From Catajapyx aquilonaris (lineage: Eukaryota): a DNA stretch of 61,913 nt. The stretch's first letter is position 1, and every line of letters starts with the position of its first letter. The DNA lies in the NCBI GenBank assembly GCA_000934665.2, contig KZ537992.1:124001-185913 (forward strand). Reading direction: 5' to 3'. The notes under the pieces are model-generated. The model saw only the letters and a list, made by a program, of their open reading frames with translations. It was not told where the DNA came from and ran no database searches. Positions 34,227-48,336 of this stretch are shown piece by piece. Both the position numbers and the translations under genes were made by a program.

Positions 34227-36173
34227 TTTAATATATTTTACAGGGTGGCCAAGTTTTGGCTTTTGGCAGTTGTCACAATGTGCAGCAAAAAATAAATAAA
34301 TCAGAGTTTTGGACTTTGAATTTTTTTTGTGGTTCGGACATTTTTTTTAAAGCAGCAAAGACGCACTTTTTTCTTTACTTTTTTTTGGGTGTGTCCCCTC
34401 TCGAAGTCCCCTCCGCCCCAAATCCAATCGTTATAGCGGAAACTTGGGGCTTTTGTTTCCCAAGAGTCATCCGGAACTTTGTCAGGGGGCAACTCCTGAG
34501 GGAGAGCTTGTTTGGTAATCTGCGCAATCCCCCGAAGACAGGCCTCTCTCTCCCTAGGTCCCCTCCAACTTTGTGCCTTATGTGAGAGACAGAGCGACAG
34601 GGGCAAAGGAGAGGAGACAGCTGGGCCTTATGGCGAAAGGTGGTGGTGGTGGTGCCTTTTGGCGCAGTGTCTCTCCCCAACCCATTGTCGCTTTTCATGG
34701 CTATCGTCTCAGGGACACGTCATCTTCAAGGAGGTGCTCATTCCATGCCTTTCTATAGCAAGCCTATCATTCCTCCGTGGGTGTTGTGCAATCTGCCTTG
34801 ATGAGCTGGGAGGTGCAGTATAAGCCTTGGCACAGAGACTTGGGGGCCTCCAAAATTGCTTTTCCCTCGACATCTCGCAGTGTGGTTTAGGCCTGCAAAC
34901 TATAGTTTGAGGAACTGCACTTGTAGCTTGTTTGTTGTCTGGTCTGGGATGATGATGGCTCGCAATTTGACACAATGCTGACAATGGGAGGCTTGGCTAC
35001 AAACTGCGAGCTTTTGGCTCTTGTGAGATTACAAACGGCGGTGCATGCAACGTCAAAGTGAGAGAAAAATGTAAAAAATGACATGTTAGAAAGAGGAGTA
35101 AGTGCGCACAGCATGCTTAGTTGTTAGAGCTCGTAATAGGATTATCCTCATTTGCTTGTGTGCTTGGGGGCTTGACATGATGGTGCTTTTGAACGTCTGA
35201 CCTGAAGCACAGCTTTAATTCGCGCATGAAAATAAAGTCGGCATTAATTTAATATGCAATGCAGTGTACAGAGAAGCCGCGTAAATAAGCACCAGAACGC
35301 ACTGCAATGCAAAAGAAAATATATACCTGTATGTAAATATGTTTTTGCCACAGGGTAATAATAATAATTTGAGAAATACTGTACACAGGAGGAAGCAATT
35401 TGAAGCTCTCCATACCCGACCTACTTCCGCTTATTTAACAAAATGATGTCAGTTGTAGTCTACTATTGTTTTTTAAACAAAAAAATGGAGGTACTGTACA
35501 ACAATATACTGAGCTCATACAGTCAGGAAAGGAGCAATGTTGTCTTATTCACGCTGCAACAAAGACAAGTGTTGAGTCACATTCCTGCTGCACGACCTGC
35601 TTTTTCAAACATTTCAAGTAGACCGAAAAGGAAAGGTGCAATTTTTTTCGCCAATTTTTTTTAAATAATTTACATAAAAGAAATAGGTTTGAGGGTAGGA
35701 CAAGTCCGACAGAAAAAAATACTCCACATATTCTTGCAATCTCTCAAAGCATATATAAAAAGCCAAACATCGCATTGTGGATGTAAACAAAAAATGAGAG
35801 AAACACAAGCAGAATAGTGAAGAAGTACGACGACCTCTGGTTGCGGTGAAGTCTCCAGGGATTGCAGCTGGGCATCAAACTTTGATGATAAACAATAAAA
35901 GTATGGCCTTTAAGACGACGGGAAAAGGGAGGGGGGGGGGGNNNGGGGGGGGCTTTACGACCGGAAATTTTCTGAGACGGCAAAGAACAAGGAATGAGAT
36001 TGCTGATGAATCTTGCACCGCAACTTTCGGGTCACTCGATGCGTCACATTTTTGCCAGCAAGTTAGATTGAAATTGCAGCGTAAGTACTGTGGTTATATG
36101 TATAAGGAAGTACGTAACTTAAACAGATATGCCATTTTCTCACAGAAATAAAATAAATCGTAGCCGTTTGTTA

Positions 36174-36811
36174 CCTCTAAAAAAATTCGAGTGAAAACAT
36201 TCAAAAAGGAGCAATTTCGCAAAAGTCTATTTTAACTCCGCAAAGATGTCATTTAACTTAAATTGAGTTGAAAATTACTCGAAAATAAGTGAGAAACTAC
36301 TCTGACACAAAAAAGTAGTTTCCCACTTATTTTTTTACTTTTCCGAGTAATTTTCAACTCGTGACATCAAATCATTGACATCGTGACATCAAAATAATCA
36401 TTGCGGAGTTAATTTCACTCGAAAATATAATTTTAAGAAATTGCTCCTTTTTCGAGTGAAATTATCACTCGAAATTTTTTAAAAGGCGCTAGGATTTCCT
36501 TTTTTTTCACTCGTTTTTAGTGAAAATCACTCGATCACTTGAGTGAAAGATTTTCACTCAGAATAAGTAATATTTTCACTCAAACTGAGTGGGAAAAAAG
36601 AAATCCCGGCGCTTCATTCTCTTTATAAAAATTTAGAGCGAAAATGTTGTTCACTCAAGTGGTCGTGTAATTTTTTACTCAAAACGAGTGGGACTAAAAT
36701 GAACCGTAGAAGAGTGAAAACATCACTCAAAACGAGTGGGACTAAAATTAAGTAGAAGAGTGAAAACCACTCAAATCGAGTGGAAAAAAACACTCGAAAT
36801 TCGTTAGAGTG
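36174..36811. mobile_element. ACTC/GAGT-rich TIR element, possibly two tandem units; CMC/EnSpm-like ends (tentative)
   Basis: cctctaaaaaaattcgagtg ... cactcgaaattcgttagagtg; a second end-like motif at 36466-36486; dense GAGT/ACTC subrepeats and a duplicated actcaaaacgagtgggactaaaat. Confidence 0.7.
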
Positions 36812-39800
36812 TTTGAACGTACAGAAGTCGAGTCCTTTCCACAATTGAAAAGTACGCAATGCAATTTATGGCCAGCACTTTTCGTGTGTAATTTCCGACC
36901 TTGCAGCGAAGGCGTGTGTCTTTTTTCGCACACGTCATGATGCATTCAGGAAATGGAACCCGCCAAACATTTTTATGAATTTCCTTCAATGAATTTTTAT
37001 CCAGGTTTTATGACGTGACGTGGTCTAGGGGGGGTTAGGCTATGCACGAATTTTTTGGGGGAGGACTTTTGATATGCATGACGAAGCCTTCCTAATGCCA
37101 TTGTTCGTCCAGGACTTTCCTGACCTCTTATCTTCCTCTGCGGGTTAGGTTTAACCCCCTTTTTTTCTCTCTCCCTCCAAGAGAGGCAGGAGTTCAATGG
37201 GACGCTGTTTTGCAAGGAAAATCCTCCGCAATGTAAAGTCAACGCAATGCAGAGACATTCCTTCAGGATTTACATTGTCATAAATCCGGGGGGGTCCTCC
37301 GCGCCGTAATTATGTTAGCGCCCGTAACTCCTGGAAAAGGGTGCTAAGGCTCACCTAGATAATGTCTTAATGTCGCTTTCGAGTTATCACGCATTAAGAT
37401 TTAGAGTAGGAAGCCAAAAAGGAGTTCGGGGGAGAGGAGGAGGAGGGAAGAGGGGACGACAACCACGGCAAAACGTCACAGGGAGTCACGATCTCTTCTG
37501 CGAAAAGGCACGTTTTATACGCGCCATTACTCGGTCCTGTTGTAACTCATCACCCCCTTTTCGTCTCGTATTTAATTAACTGCCTCCTCGAAAGATAACT
37601 GAGAGAACCTTACGTGCTGTTTTTGCAGCGGTATATTTTTTTTTCGCGTGCGAAATGCATAATAATTAACCGGAGAAAACTCGTGCTCTGATGCAAAGTA
37701 GGGCAGATCTTCACTTTTTTTTTTCTTGGTTCCCATAGTTGCATAATAGTGCACGTGGGTTACATGTCAACGGAACCTGGCTTAATTGCACGGTAGCAAA
37801 TTAATGACCTGTTATACTTTCATTATGTTGTGTAAACTGTGGTCAAGGTCTGGTATACATGTAAAACTGGCGTGAGACATTGTGTCCACCTTTCATGTTC
37901 ACTTGCTCACTTGAATGGCGAAAGATGCCAATAAGTGCGGGGTGGGCCAAGCAGTGTTGCCAAATAGCATTTTTAGTGAACCATTCGTTACATATTCGGG
38001 AAGCCCTCACAGTGCAAGCATTTTTTGGGGGGGGGGGGNGGGGGGGCGGTGATAGTAAAAAAAAAATGCGCAAGTTTTTCTGAGTCAGTGCGGCCCCCAC
38101 TTCCCCGTAGTAACCATATTGGATCTCTCAAAAACATTATTTCAAAGTCCCAGGGACGTTCATTTGCGACGCACATAAATTTTCATAATGAATGGGTGCG
38201 GCCTACTCCTGGATCATTTTATATGGTTGGGCATTCCAGCCCGGATATATAGTTCATGGCCAGCAAGTCAGCGGAAATAAGTTTTCAAAAATTGTTCACT
38301 GTGTCTTTTGGCGCAGGTGTACAATACGATTATGATTGTTTAATTTAAAAAAAAATTATACATGCCAATTTTCTTAGCTCCAGCAATACATTATTGCTTC
38401 AGACTCATATCGTCCGCTAAATAAATGGCGAGACGTCAGCTGGCCGTCGGAAGTATCTCTGTTGCCACGACGCAACAATTAATCTCCAAAACGTTTATTT
38501 TTCAGAGGCGAGAGTAAGCGACGTTGCCAATTTTTTCTTGGGAGGGTATATATGCAGTGTCTTGAAGAAGAAAGTGCGGGTGGAAATTAACACCAGTGTT
38601 TGTCGGCTTGAAGATAATTCATTCGGTAGTGGATGTAATTGATGGTGGCAGGGTTTCCCCATTAACTCCGATGCAGTTGTTGGATCGACTAAGACTCTCG
38701 GGTAATATTTCCTCTCTGATGGTATATACTATACTTGGTGTTGTACCCAGCACCCACTTCCTTTTCACTCTTTATATATACAGTATAGCCTAGAAAAGCT
38801 GAGGGGGTCTAATTTCATTATCCTGACGAAATTAACACAGCATCGAATTCGTTAGCCAGTGCCGAGTGGTTTACTTTGCCCAGCTTACAATGAAGACTGT
38901 GGAATTTCAGACTCAGATTCAATTAAAAGCTGTGCTTCTTTCACCAATCAATACAAGGGGTACAATATTCAAAATTTTAAAGTTTGCTGGGGCAGTGAGT
39001 CACCCTATGTAATGATGGCACCCCTTTTCATGAAGTGAATGTGCAGCAGGTGCAAGAAATTTCACTTTCGGCCCAATTTTTTTTATAGTCTCGTCTTGCT
39101 TGAAAGTGCCGAGCAAAACAACACGTTGAGAGTACAGTAATTGTTATGTCATATGTCTTCTGAGACCAGCTTCCGGATCATAAACTCATGACAGAAAATA
39201 TTTTGTACTTCAATATTGCTGCTGCAATTAAGTAATTTTTACATCCGGAAAATTGCTAATTTAATCCTTCAAATTGGCACAGTGTGTACAGGTATAAACC
39301 TAGAGCTGTGCAACTTGGTGCCACAAAATCCCCGTGTTTCCAATGCAAATTTCATTTCAATTTTTAGGCGATGCGACACACACAAAAAAAGGAGAGTTGC
39401 ACGTGTGTTGACAGGTGCGGCGGTTAATTAATCCGATTTTTGACGTGCACCGGAAAGATTTGCACTCAAAAAGGCTATACGTGTATTGCGTGACATCAGC
39501 TCAGCTGCATGCGACCCCTCCAGCTTTTTTTTTTTTTTTGGGTTGTAACTGAAACACTGCGCGCAAATACTGTTAATTGACGGCAACGTTCATGAATTAA
39601 TCAAGAGGAGCCGGCCAAAAGCTATGGCCGCTGCTAACTGCAGCGTTCATCAATTTGTTTTAACTATTTTGTACCCCCCCTAGTGTGTTATAATTTAACG
39701 GCGCAATATAAATTATTAATTAGCCTAATATATTTAACCTGTATAAATATGACAGTCAAAACCGGATATAGGCACATGAGGTCGATTATTATTGGATGAA

Positions 39801-39889
39801 CCGACCTGAATCATGTCACTGAGTTGAAACGTCGAGGTCCTGGGTTCGATATACGTGGTTTAGAGTTGAATTCGTAGACTTTTTATCCT

Positions 39890-40190
39890 CGAAAAGAATG
39901 TCCATCTGTCTGTGGACAGGTTTCAGAGCCTAAACCGCAAGTTTGTCGAACGCTGAATCCGATATGACAGACGGTTTGTGGATTCGGATTCAGCGTGACC
40001 AACTTTCGGGTTTCCGGGTTCACTCTACACGTCAAGGTCAATTTACATGCGGGTTCCTCAGCAATGGGAAATGAGACTGACAACAATCAATGTCATTGTT
40101 GTACTGTTAGAATCGTATCGTATCGGGTTTGTCAGTCTCATTTCCAGCTGCTCAGTGAGAAAACATCTACTCGAATCACGCTCTTGTTTA
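39890..40190 (-). mobile_element. Family H2 copy
   Basis: tctgtctgtggacagg..tcag.gcctaaac, tttccgggttcact, atcgtatcgtatcgggttt and tctactcgaatcacgct match the reverse complement of 33395-33747. Confidence 0.65.
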
Positions 40191-41469
40191 TATATGAACC
40201 CCGAAAGGATCATACCTTGTAACATAGCTATTTACAGATTTTTGCAAGATGTAGCAAAAAAAAAACATGGCATCTGTCAACTCTGCAAAAATATTGTGGC
40301 TTCCATGTTTTTCTTGTTTGAAAAAAGAAACTCAGATGTGATGTTCGCTGAGCTTAGCTGTGGGAAAACCCTCCCGATTTTTCTGTTGGTTCCTGAAGAG
40401 TGCAAAGTGAACGAGAAGATATATCATCCTTTACATGAGGTTGAGTTCTTCAGGCAGCTGAATCATCCATCTCTTCTCCGTTTTTCTTCCTTCTTCCCCT
40501 TTTTTTCTCTCATTTTTTTTTTTTTTTTTTTTTTTGCTTTTCCTTTTTCGGACAAGGAGGACCTCGGCCATCAATTAGTCGACGTGGACCCCCCTCTCTT
40601 ACCTATATATACTTCCGCTCGAATTGCTGCCTCCTCTTTATGAAGCTCTTCAGCAATCCTGCACCTCTTCCCTCAGCTTCTCAAAGGATGAAATTCGGAA
40701 AGAGCCTTTAGAGGGAGTGGGGGGGGGGGGATCCAAAATGTACCCACTGTCCACTTCCCACACTTCCTTAAGTCAAAGAGAGTTGTTTCAATGATTTCAC
40801 ATCTGTTTGAACTTTCAGACTTCCCTCTGCAAAAATGTTCTGGTTCACAACGAATATAACTCTCGAATGGCTTAGCAGCCAACAAGGTGTCGCAAAAAAA
40901 AAAAAACACATTTTGAAGCATATTATTCCGATTTAAAACAACAACTGGGTATATCACGACCGCTTTTATTTTGTCATTCCCAAAAATTGCCCCTTGGAAT
41001 TAACCACAATAGCACCGCAAAGCAATTTATGTGTCCCCATGCTCCCAGGGGGGGAGGGGGGGAAAGAGGCTCTATTCACAGGACTAAATCGCCTGGTGAA
41101 AATTGAACTTAACCCGCATTTTGCGCCGTAATCCAATTTTCATTAGAGCATCGCTTGTACTGTGGTCAGTTTAACACTCATCCTTGACCATTATAACGCT
41201 CTTCTGCATGAAGGCACGTCAATTAGTCGGCATCCCTTTTTATTTTTTTTCGGGGGGGCGAGGATGGAACAAAGGACCGAATTGCCCCCCTTCCCCCAGC
41301 ATTATTGCCGATTTTTTTTTTACTCGCCTTCCTACCTTCCAACCTGATTATTTTGGCTTTGTGAATTGCTCATTTGTAGTGAGGGTATTGATCATATAAT
41401 GACTTTGGAAAGAGGCAGTGAACGCCCACTCAAAGGGCTCTTGCACCAGCTTGATTGACCCCAAAGCAC

Positions 41470-41958
41470 CGTCTGATTAAAACGTTATGTGCAGCAAGTA
41501 TTATGTTTACAAGGTATGCAACACACGAGCGGTACAAAAAATATTGATGGCAGAAGTGGGCGGAGCGTTATGGGACGATGGGCGGGGCTTGTGCTAGCAA
41601 TGGGAGGGGCTTGATAGCAATGGGCGGGGCTTATTTTGGGGGTGGGCGGGGCATGTAATCGACGTCTGATTAAAACGTTTTGTGCAGCAAGTATTATGTT
41701 TACAAGGTATGCAACACACGAGCGGTACAAAAAAATGATGGCATAAGTGGGCGGAGCATTATGGGACGATGGGCTGGCCTTATTTTGGCGATGGGCGGGG
41801 CTTGTAATTGACGTTTGATTATTATGTTTACAAGGTATGCAACACACGAGCGGTACAAAAATGATGGCAGAAGGGGGCGGAGCATTATGGGACGATGGGC
41901 GGGCCTTGTGCTAGCAGTGGGCGGAGCTTATATTGGCGATGGGCGGGGCGTGCAATTG
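41470..41958. repeat. Three tandem ~150-190-bp units rich in GGGCGG
   Basis: tattatgtttacaaggtatgcaacacacgagcggtacaaaaa is repeated three times, each copy followed by tgggcggggc/tgggcggagc subrepeats. Confidence 0.92.
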
Positions 41959-42754
41959 AACCCATATAATTATGACATACACAGTGCGATTTTTACATGC
42001 CAGCATATCTAGACTGCAATATATTTTTGTCGAGCAGAAGGAGGCAGTAAATCAACATTAATTTGGCGTGGAAGTAGGCCAAAGTCCGCATGAGTAGTTA
42101 GGGGCTGTAAAGCGCTTGATAGCAAATGAAGATGGACCGCAAATGGGATTAATTGGACTTAAAAGCAAAGCTGTGTTTGGGATGAAGCCTGCTTGCTGGC
42201 TGCTTCGGCTTCTTTTTTTTTCTTCATTTTCTGGCGATGCCTGGAGAAAAAGGGGGCAAAGCCGGATTGGCAGGCGGTGGTCCATTTTGTGGGAGGCGAA
42301 AAAAAAAACCCTTGGACCTTCCAGCACTATTGTGGTATATAGACCTATACAGTATTACACCTCCACTTTATTAAACCTCGCTGTGGAGCCTAGGGGCTTT
42401 TCTATATACACACACTCCATTGCAGAAGCCATCAACTGGGGAGGGAAATCACTCCAGATGGAGGAATCCGGGGGACCCCACGTTTTCAATTTCATTTTCG
42501 CCCAACTGTATCCGGAACTGTCCACCCTAATCCTATAGAACTATCATCAGTGGAGGGGGACATTTTAACGTAGATTTGAGCGGGTGCGGCTGTGACAAAT
42601 CGTCGCTGCCGACGAGACAATCGGGTAAAATATATGTGGCTCAGTGGCTGTAATGTCGAATCGACCTTTTGCCTATTCAGAAATTGTAGACAAGGTTATA
42701 CTTCGCTGAAATAAAATATTACATGTATATAAAGCAGAAAATTTGTTGGTGTTT

Positions 42755-42945
42755 ATGTATGTCACGGCTACCTAACCCACTTTCAGAGTCCTGAGAGTGC
42801 TGATTCCGGGGAAAAGTCCGAAAACTGCATTTTTAAAAGTGTAAAATCTGTAAATGCCCAAAATTTATATTTTTGTCATTTAAAAAAATTATGTTTGTGT
42901 CTTATCTGCACAGATTGCTTTTTATTTATCAATCACCATGCTAGT
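42755..42945 (+). repeat. Dispersed repeat, second copy at ~46755-46945
   Basis: ctaacccactttcagagt.ctgagag, aaaagtccgaaa.ctgca and tttatcaatcacc are shared by both copies. Confidence 0.75.
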
Positions 42946-45003
42946 TGACAATAAACCTCAAGAAAAGGAAACTTGTAGTTAGACAGCTACAGTTTCAGAA
43001 TGGTGTAATAAGCAATGACTGAAAAATGTATGCCGGTTGCATCTGCCTATAATGTTCATTTTGATATACACACGGAATGTTTTCATAACGTGATATTAAT
43101 AATTATGGCGCTTAAACTGAAAAAACGCGCGTGAATAATGAGTTACTGTTGTTTCCCGCAGTATCGAACTCGCACACACACACAAAAAAGAGCAATAATG
43201 CAAAAAAATTATGAAAGCGCGAGTACAGGCAAATAAAATCCGACCATTGACATCCACATGCATGAGGTGCAACCATACAGGCATATTTTGATTAACAGCA
43301 TCGTATGATCATGCGAATATTTTTGATCTCCCAATAGACTGTCGACATCAACAACAAAAAAATATTACTGACATTGATCACTCACAGTTAGACAGAATTG
43401 ACTGTACTTAATGTGTGGAAACATCCACTCATCTATTGTTAATGGGTAACAAAATACTGTTTATATATTTTTCTGTATACAAATCGATTCTTTCCATTTT
43501 CTCTCTCTCACAACATCAGATCCTCTGATGGATGAGCCTGCACTCAAGTACTGTGCAGTACCTGGTGCCAGAGATATCTGAAACCCCTCCCTAGATAAAA
43601 ATCGCGTGTTGGGCTTGGGGAAATCACTTCCTAATGGATGTCTCCTCAAAAAATAGGTACACTTCTATAGAAGTCGTACAGGAGGAGACATGTAGACTTC
43701 TTTTTTATATATATATTCTTTTAGCCGCCCGAAGCTCTCCCTATTTCACGCTCGTAGTCTCATAGGTCCTTCCTGTCACTTGGTGCTTCCATCAGTAGGG
43801 GGAAGGGAGGGCTTGAGCAAAGAAATCCTGACAGCTTTTCATGTTGTGAAAGGAGAGAGCGAGTGAAAAATCGGGAGACCGGAATCAATGGGACGGATAG
43901 AGTAAGAAGAAGAAGAAGAAGAAAAAAAAGAAACCTTCGATTGGGAAGAGAAGAAAAGAGATTGGTCATTCAGGAACCTCCGAAAAACCTAGACTGAGGA
44001 AATTTTTTTTGAAGGGGGGGGGGGGTCTTTTTCCTCGTGGGCTGTCAGGTAGTTTTGTGAACCCAGGTAGAAGGAAACAAAAGGGGTGCGCACAGGACCC
44101 TGACACAATGTCTCGGGCCGTGACGAGAAGCAGGAAATGGAAGAAGTTTGGTTGGTGGTTCGGTGGTATATTAACAGAAGAGATGTGATAATGAGGTGTC
44201 TGGAAAAGTTTTTTTGACAGAAAATATTTGGGGAGGAGACCATGAAAATAAATAAATTGTGGTTCACAAAATGATGTCAAAATGCTTATTGTGACAGGTC
44301 AGGTCAACGAATCTTTTCAGGATTATCTTTAATAATTCATCAACTGTGTGTGAAAAAAATGAGAAAGAAAACCTTACAATTCAAGTTATAATTTGCTTTC
44401 AGTAAACCGTTCAGTACTGTAGGTGATTATATGTTTCAGCCAGACGTACTGTCATGTCGGCCTCTAACAAAACCTTCAGCCATGTTTATTTGTTTTATTC
44501 TGTACATTGAGGTTCAATGTTTTTGCAGATATGGTTGACTTGGGTTCCCTTTACGAAGCCCATGGATTCGAATCCTTTTTTTTGTAGACGATTTTTGATG
44601 CACTTCCTGCCTCTACACAATAGCCGAGTGGACAAAAATGGTTCCCTTTTCGATCACACGGTCCCATCTGCACCTCCGCACTTTCCTTCTTCTTCTTCTT
44701 CTTTTTTTGGTATGATATATCCCCCTGACTCCGCAGAGGAGAAAATTTGAGGAAAATTCCTCCGATGGAAAGGGGATGGCGTCTGTAAGGTGCAACATTG
44801 ATCTCGGTGGCCGGAATTCCAATTTCGGTGGAAACAGTAAATGCGGAATGGATGAGCCTCTCCCCCCCATTGATATTTGATCGCCAGGAAATGATGTCGC
44901 GGGACTTTGGTCGATCACTGCTCGGAACCAAAGCAGTGGTCATTTTTAGTGGACACTGCAGAAACATTTTAAAAATTGGTTTATTTATTTCGCTAAAATT
45001 ATA

Positions 45004-45475
45004 CCGTCAATTGGGGGTGAGATTGTGCCAGGTAGGGTGAGATTGTGCCACAGCATTTTTGGACAACAGTGCGCCCTACTGGCAGCGAACGAATTTAGGC
45101 ATGTTTTACTATAGAGGGATAGCCAAGGTTGGCAATGATTAAAATTCGCGGTAGGGCGCAGCACTGTAAAAAATGCGCTGGCACAATCTCACCCCACCTG
45201 CCACAATCTCACACAGGTGCGCATTCCTATCCTTGTGAGGTTTTTCCAAAATTTAAAATTTAAAACTAACCTAATCTAACCTACAAGGAAACACGAAATT
45301 TTGGTGAAATATATTTTTACTGTCTTTATGAGGTATTGTTTCGATTTTACCCTATCCTTGTGAGGGTTGTGTTCACTATGAGGTACAGGAAAACTACCTC
45401 GTAATGACAAAATTCCTCACAAGGATAGCAAGACGCGTCCACCCCACCTGGCACAATCTCACCCCAAACTGACGG
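45004..45475. mobile_element. pogo/Tc1-type MITE (TA|CCGTCA...TGACGG|TA) with nested element
   Basis: ccgtcaattgggggtgagattgtgccaggt / acctggcacaatctcaccccaaactgacgg; TA duplication. Confidence 0.85.
45213..45438. mobile_element. Nested TIR element with internal CCTAA-like repeats
   Basis: ctatccttgtgagg ... cctcacaaggatag. The left end caggtgcgcattcctatc resembles the reverse complement of gataggaacgcacctg at ~50727-50742. Confidence 0.7.
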
Positions 45476-46986
45476 TATATGAGAAGTAAAGATGAAAATA
45501 AGGAGCTGTGGTTTGTATGTGAAAATTACAGCGGACTTTTACACTTTTTTTGTTGTCATTTGATTGACATTCCGAGATGTCGAATAGTGTTAGAAACCCC
45601 TTTTCTTACACACTACGCGGAAGTGGTGAGGATCCTTCCCGTTTCGAGGCCAGGGTTTTGCCATTTTCCCAAAGTGGCCCTCGGGGCCTTTGTGCGCAGA
45701 GTGCAGCAAACTTGCCAGTTTCCAGTTTCCCCCCCACCCCTAGAATGTTGATCCAAGTGTATATACAGTGTCCGCATTAATTTTCCAACCGGGCTTTGCA
45801 TTAACCATGGGGTCCACTTGGAGGCAAAACTCTCCTTGCCTGTTAGAAGTGGAACTAAGAAAAAGAAGTAGACAGAGAGAGAGAGAAAAAGAGAGATAAA
45901 GATGGAGTGTAGACTTGAGTGCAATTCCGGCAGATCCTCGGTGGCTTCTCCAAGTCTACTTTATCAGGCATGGCGCAATCCGTCTTCTCCGCTGGCTCCT
46001 TCATTCTTGATTTATACAAGACACTCTCACTTTGCATGCTATTGACTCTATCTCCGGGTATATATTGGCCTGATTGGCATGTATCGATAGGTGGGGAATA
46101 AACTGCTTACAGGCAAGCGAAGACTGGTTCAGTCTCATTAGGACAGTCGATATGGTAACAAAAATGCTATAAATAATTGGACAGTGTATGCCTGGAGGTC
46201 ATACAGCTGCAATTGCAGTTGCTGATTAGAATCATACTCGTGTATGAAGGGCAGTAGACCGGGTTAGAAATCGACCGTCGCTATCTATCAGATCACCGGT
46301 TGCACGCATCACGATTTTAGCCTCCCCGGTATACTATATAAAAGATGGGGCTTTTCCGGTAGCACTTTGTAACCTGAGTGACGTGATTAAGATGGTTTTT
46401 ACCCGGCTCTTGAAAGCCTCTTATTACTTGCGGTCCGAGTACACAGTGTAAACGAGGCCCTATTTGTTACCTCCAGCTATAAATCAACGTGACATTATCG
46501 AGCCCCCGTACTGTACGATAAGGTAATACGAGAGTTTCCCTGTGTGTGATTTTCTGCTGTCACATGTCATTTCCTCGCGAAGTCGTTGTCGTGCATGCGA
46601 ATAGGGAACACGGGAAGTATCACCCTTGAAGAATGACAGAAAAATATCGGGTCCATTGTGACTGGGGAAACAATGCCATGTAATATCGTAATTCGCCAGT
46701 GCGGTTTACCGATATATTTGGTACTGTGCATCTTACATAATATACTATATGTTTGTATGTAACTGCTATCTAACCCACTTTCAGAGTACTGAGAGCACAG
46801 AAACTTTGCACACTGACGTCTTACATGTGGCTGATTCAGGTAAAAGTCCGAAAGCTGCAATTTTGTGAGTCAAATATATTATCAAACATTTGGATTTTTA
46901 AAAAAATATGATGTTTGGTTCTTTTATTTTTTATCAATCACCGTGCGAAGAACGGGTCCCCTGCTAGTACAGTATAATTATATGCA

Positions 46987-47225
46987 TTTTTTGACGAGCG
47001 CAGTACGCACCTATACTCGCGCACAACGTTGCCAGAGTTACTCCCCATGGGGCTAACAAATAATGAGCCTAGGAGGTTCCTTCCATAGCTTTGGCAACGT
47101 TTTGTTTCTCCCCAAGTGTAGTGTTGGAAATAATTGCAGCGAGCTTACCAATTATCATTGATAATGCCAACCGTGCAATCTGCGCGAATAGTGGTGCGCA
47201 CTCGATTGCGTTGATAAAGAAATTC
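46987..47225. mobile_element. Family M1 copy (uninterrupted)
   Basis: caacgttgccagagtta ... aagtgtagtgttggaaataa ... ataatgccaac ... gcgcgaatagtggtgcgcactcgattg. Confidence 0.75.
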
Positions 47226-48336
47226 ATGTACAAAAGTGGATCCTCCCTCTCTGCACCCTACTGATGACTCACCGCGGACAAATAGACGCACATACCCGAT
47301 TCGGATGTAAGTTAAGTTTGTTTATAAAGAATCAGCTTCATTTCTCATTTCCGAAACTTGGAAGCCGCCCCCCAACTCGGCAAGCTGTTGTTTGCGTACA
47401 GCCAGAAGGGTTCAGAGAGAGGGGGGACATGGAGGGAAGAGTTGATGAAATTGCACCCGGACTAAAAGCTCTGCATAAGAGCTTTTCGATTCTCGAGAGG
47501 GATTGACATGACGAAGGCCTCGGGGGTGATGAAGGGACACACGCAGATTCCTCTGCATCTCTTCCCCTCAACTCCATTCAACCTTAGCAAAAAGCCTGGG
47601 AAAAAAAGGTGGGGGATGGAGAGGAAAAGGAAAAGAAGAAGAAGAAATGGGGAGAGCATCATCCCAGAGCATTTCCCGATCTGGAGAGCCGTCCTAAGAA
47701 AGGGCGACACGTTCCGGCAATCCCTGGAGAGCCACTAGGACTGCGCTTCTGCCGAAAAGATAACCGGCTCCCGCCATGTGGAAACCTCCTTACGCTAGGG
47801 TCCCTGGCACAATGCGGAGCCGACTATAAAACAAGCATAATCGAGGAAGAGAAGATTCCATTCGGGTGCCGAGGAAGTCACAGTATAAGGAGAAACGAGC
47901 CTTTTAAAATAAAAGAAAGAAGAAAAAAAATTCAGTAAAAAAGAGGATATCTGCCTCGTTTATGCGTCTAATGGAGGAGAGAAAAAAAAAGAACAATCCT
48001 TATTACTCTTCTTAACACAAAGTTTTGCGATTATAGGACCTGGAGAAAAAAAAAGGCTGAGCAGAAAAAAGTTTTTGTCTCGAGCCAATTGCGATGATTG
48101 AGCTAATGACTGCACTTTTTATTGCGCGCGGAGAAACACATATGCAAGATTGCTAAACCGACGGCTATTAAACTGGGTCTAAAGATGATTTTTTTTTTTT
48201 TTCAAAATAAGGCAACCGAGTAAGCAACACAGTCCGAGAAAATTGTTTCCAACACTACGCTCGAAGGGGGTACCAATATGGCCGACTTTTGCGACGCTGC
48301 CAAGACTTTGGAGCGAGCCGTAGAGGCTACAGCTGC

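Noticed and set aside
34512..34823. RING-finger start (CCAICLDEL)
   Set aside because: A stop codon follows within a few residues, and no further zinc ligands or supporting splice sites were found.
39800..39840. Penelope-type minimal hammerhead (ctgaatc...gaaacgtc)
   Set aside because: The CUGANGA core is broken, and stems I and II do not pair convincingly.
40047..40643. 198-aa ORF
   Set aside because: It starts in repeat H2, runs through a poly-T tract and has no recognisable domain.
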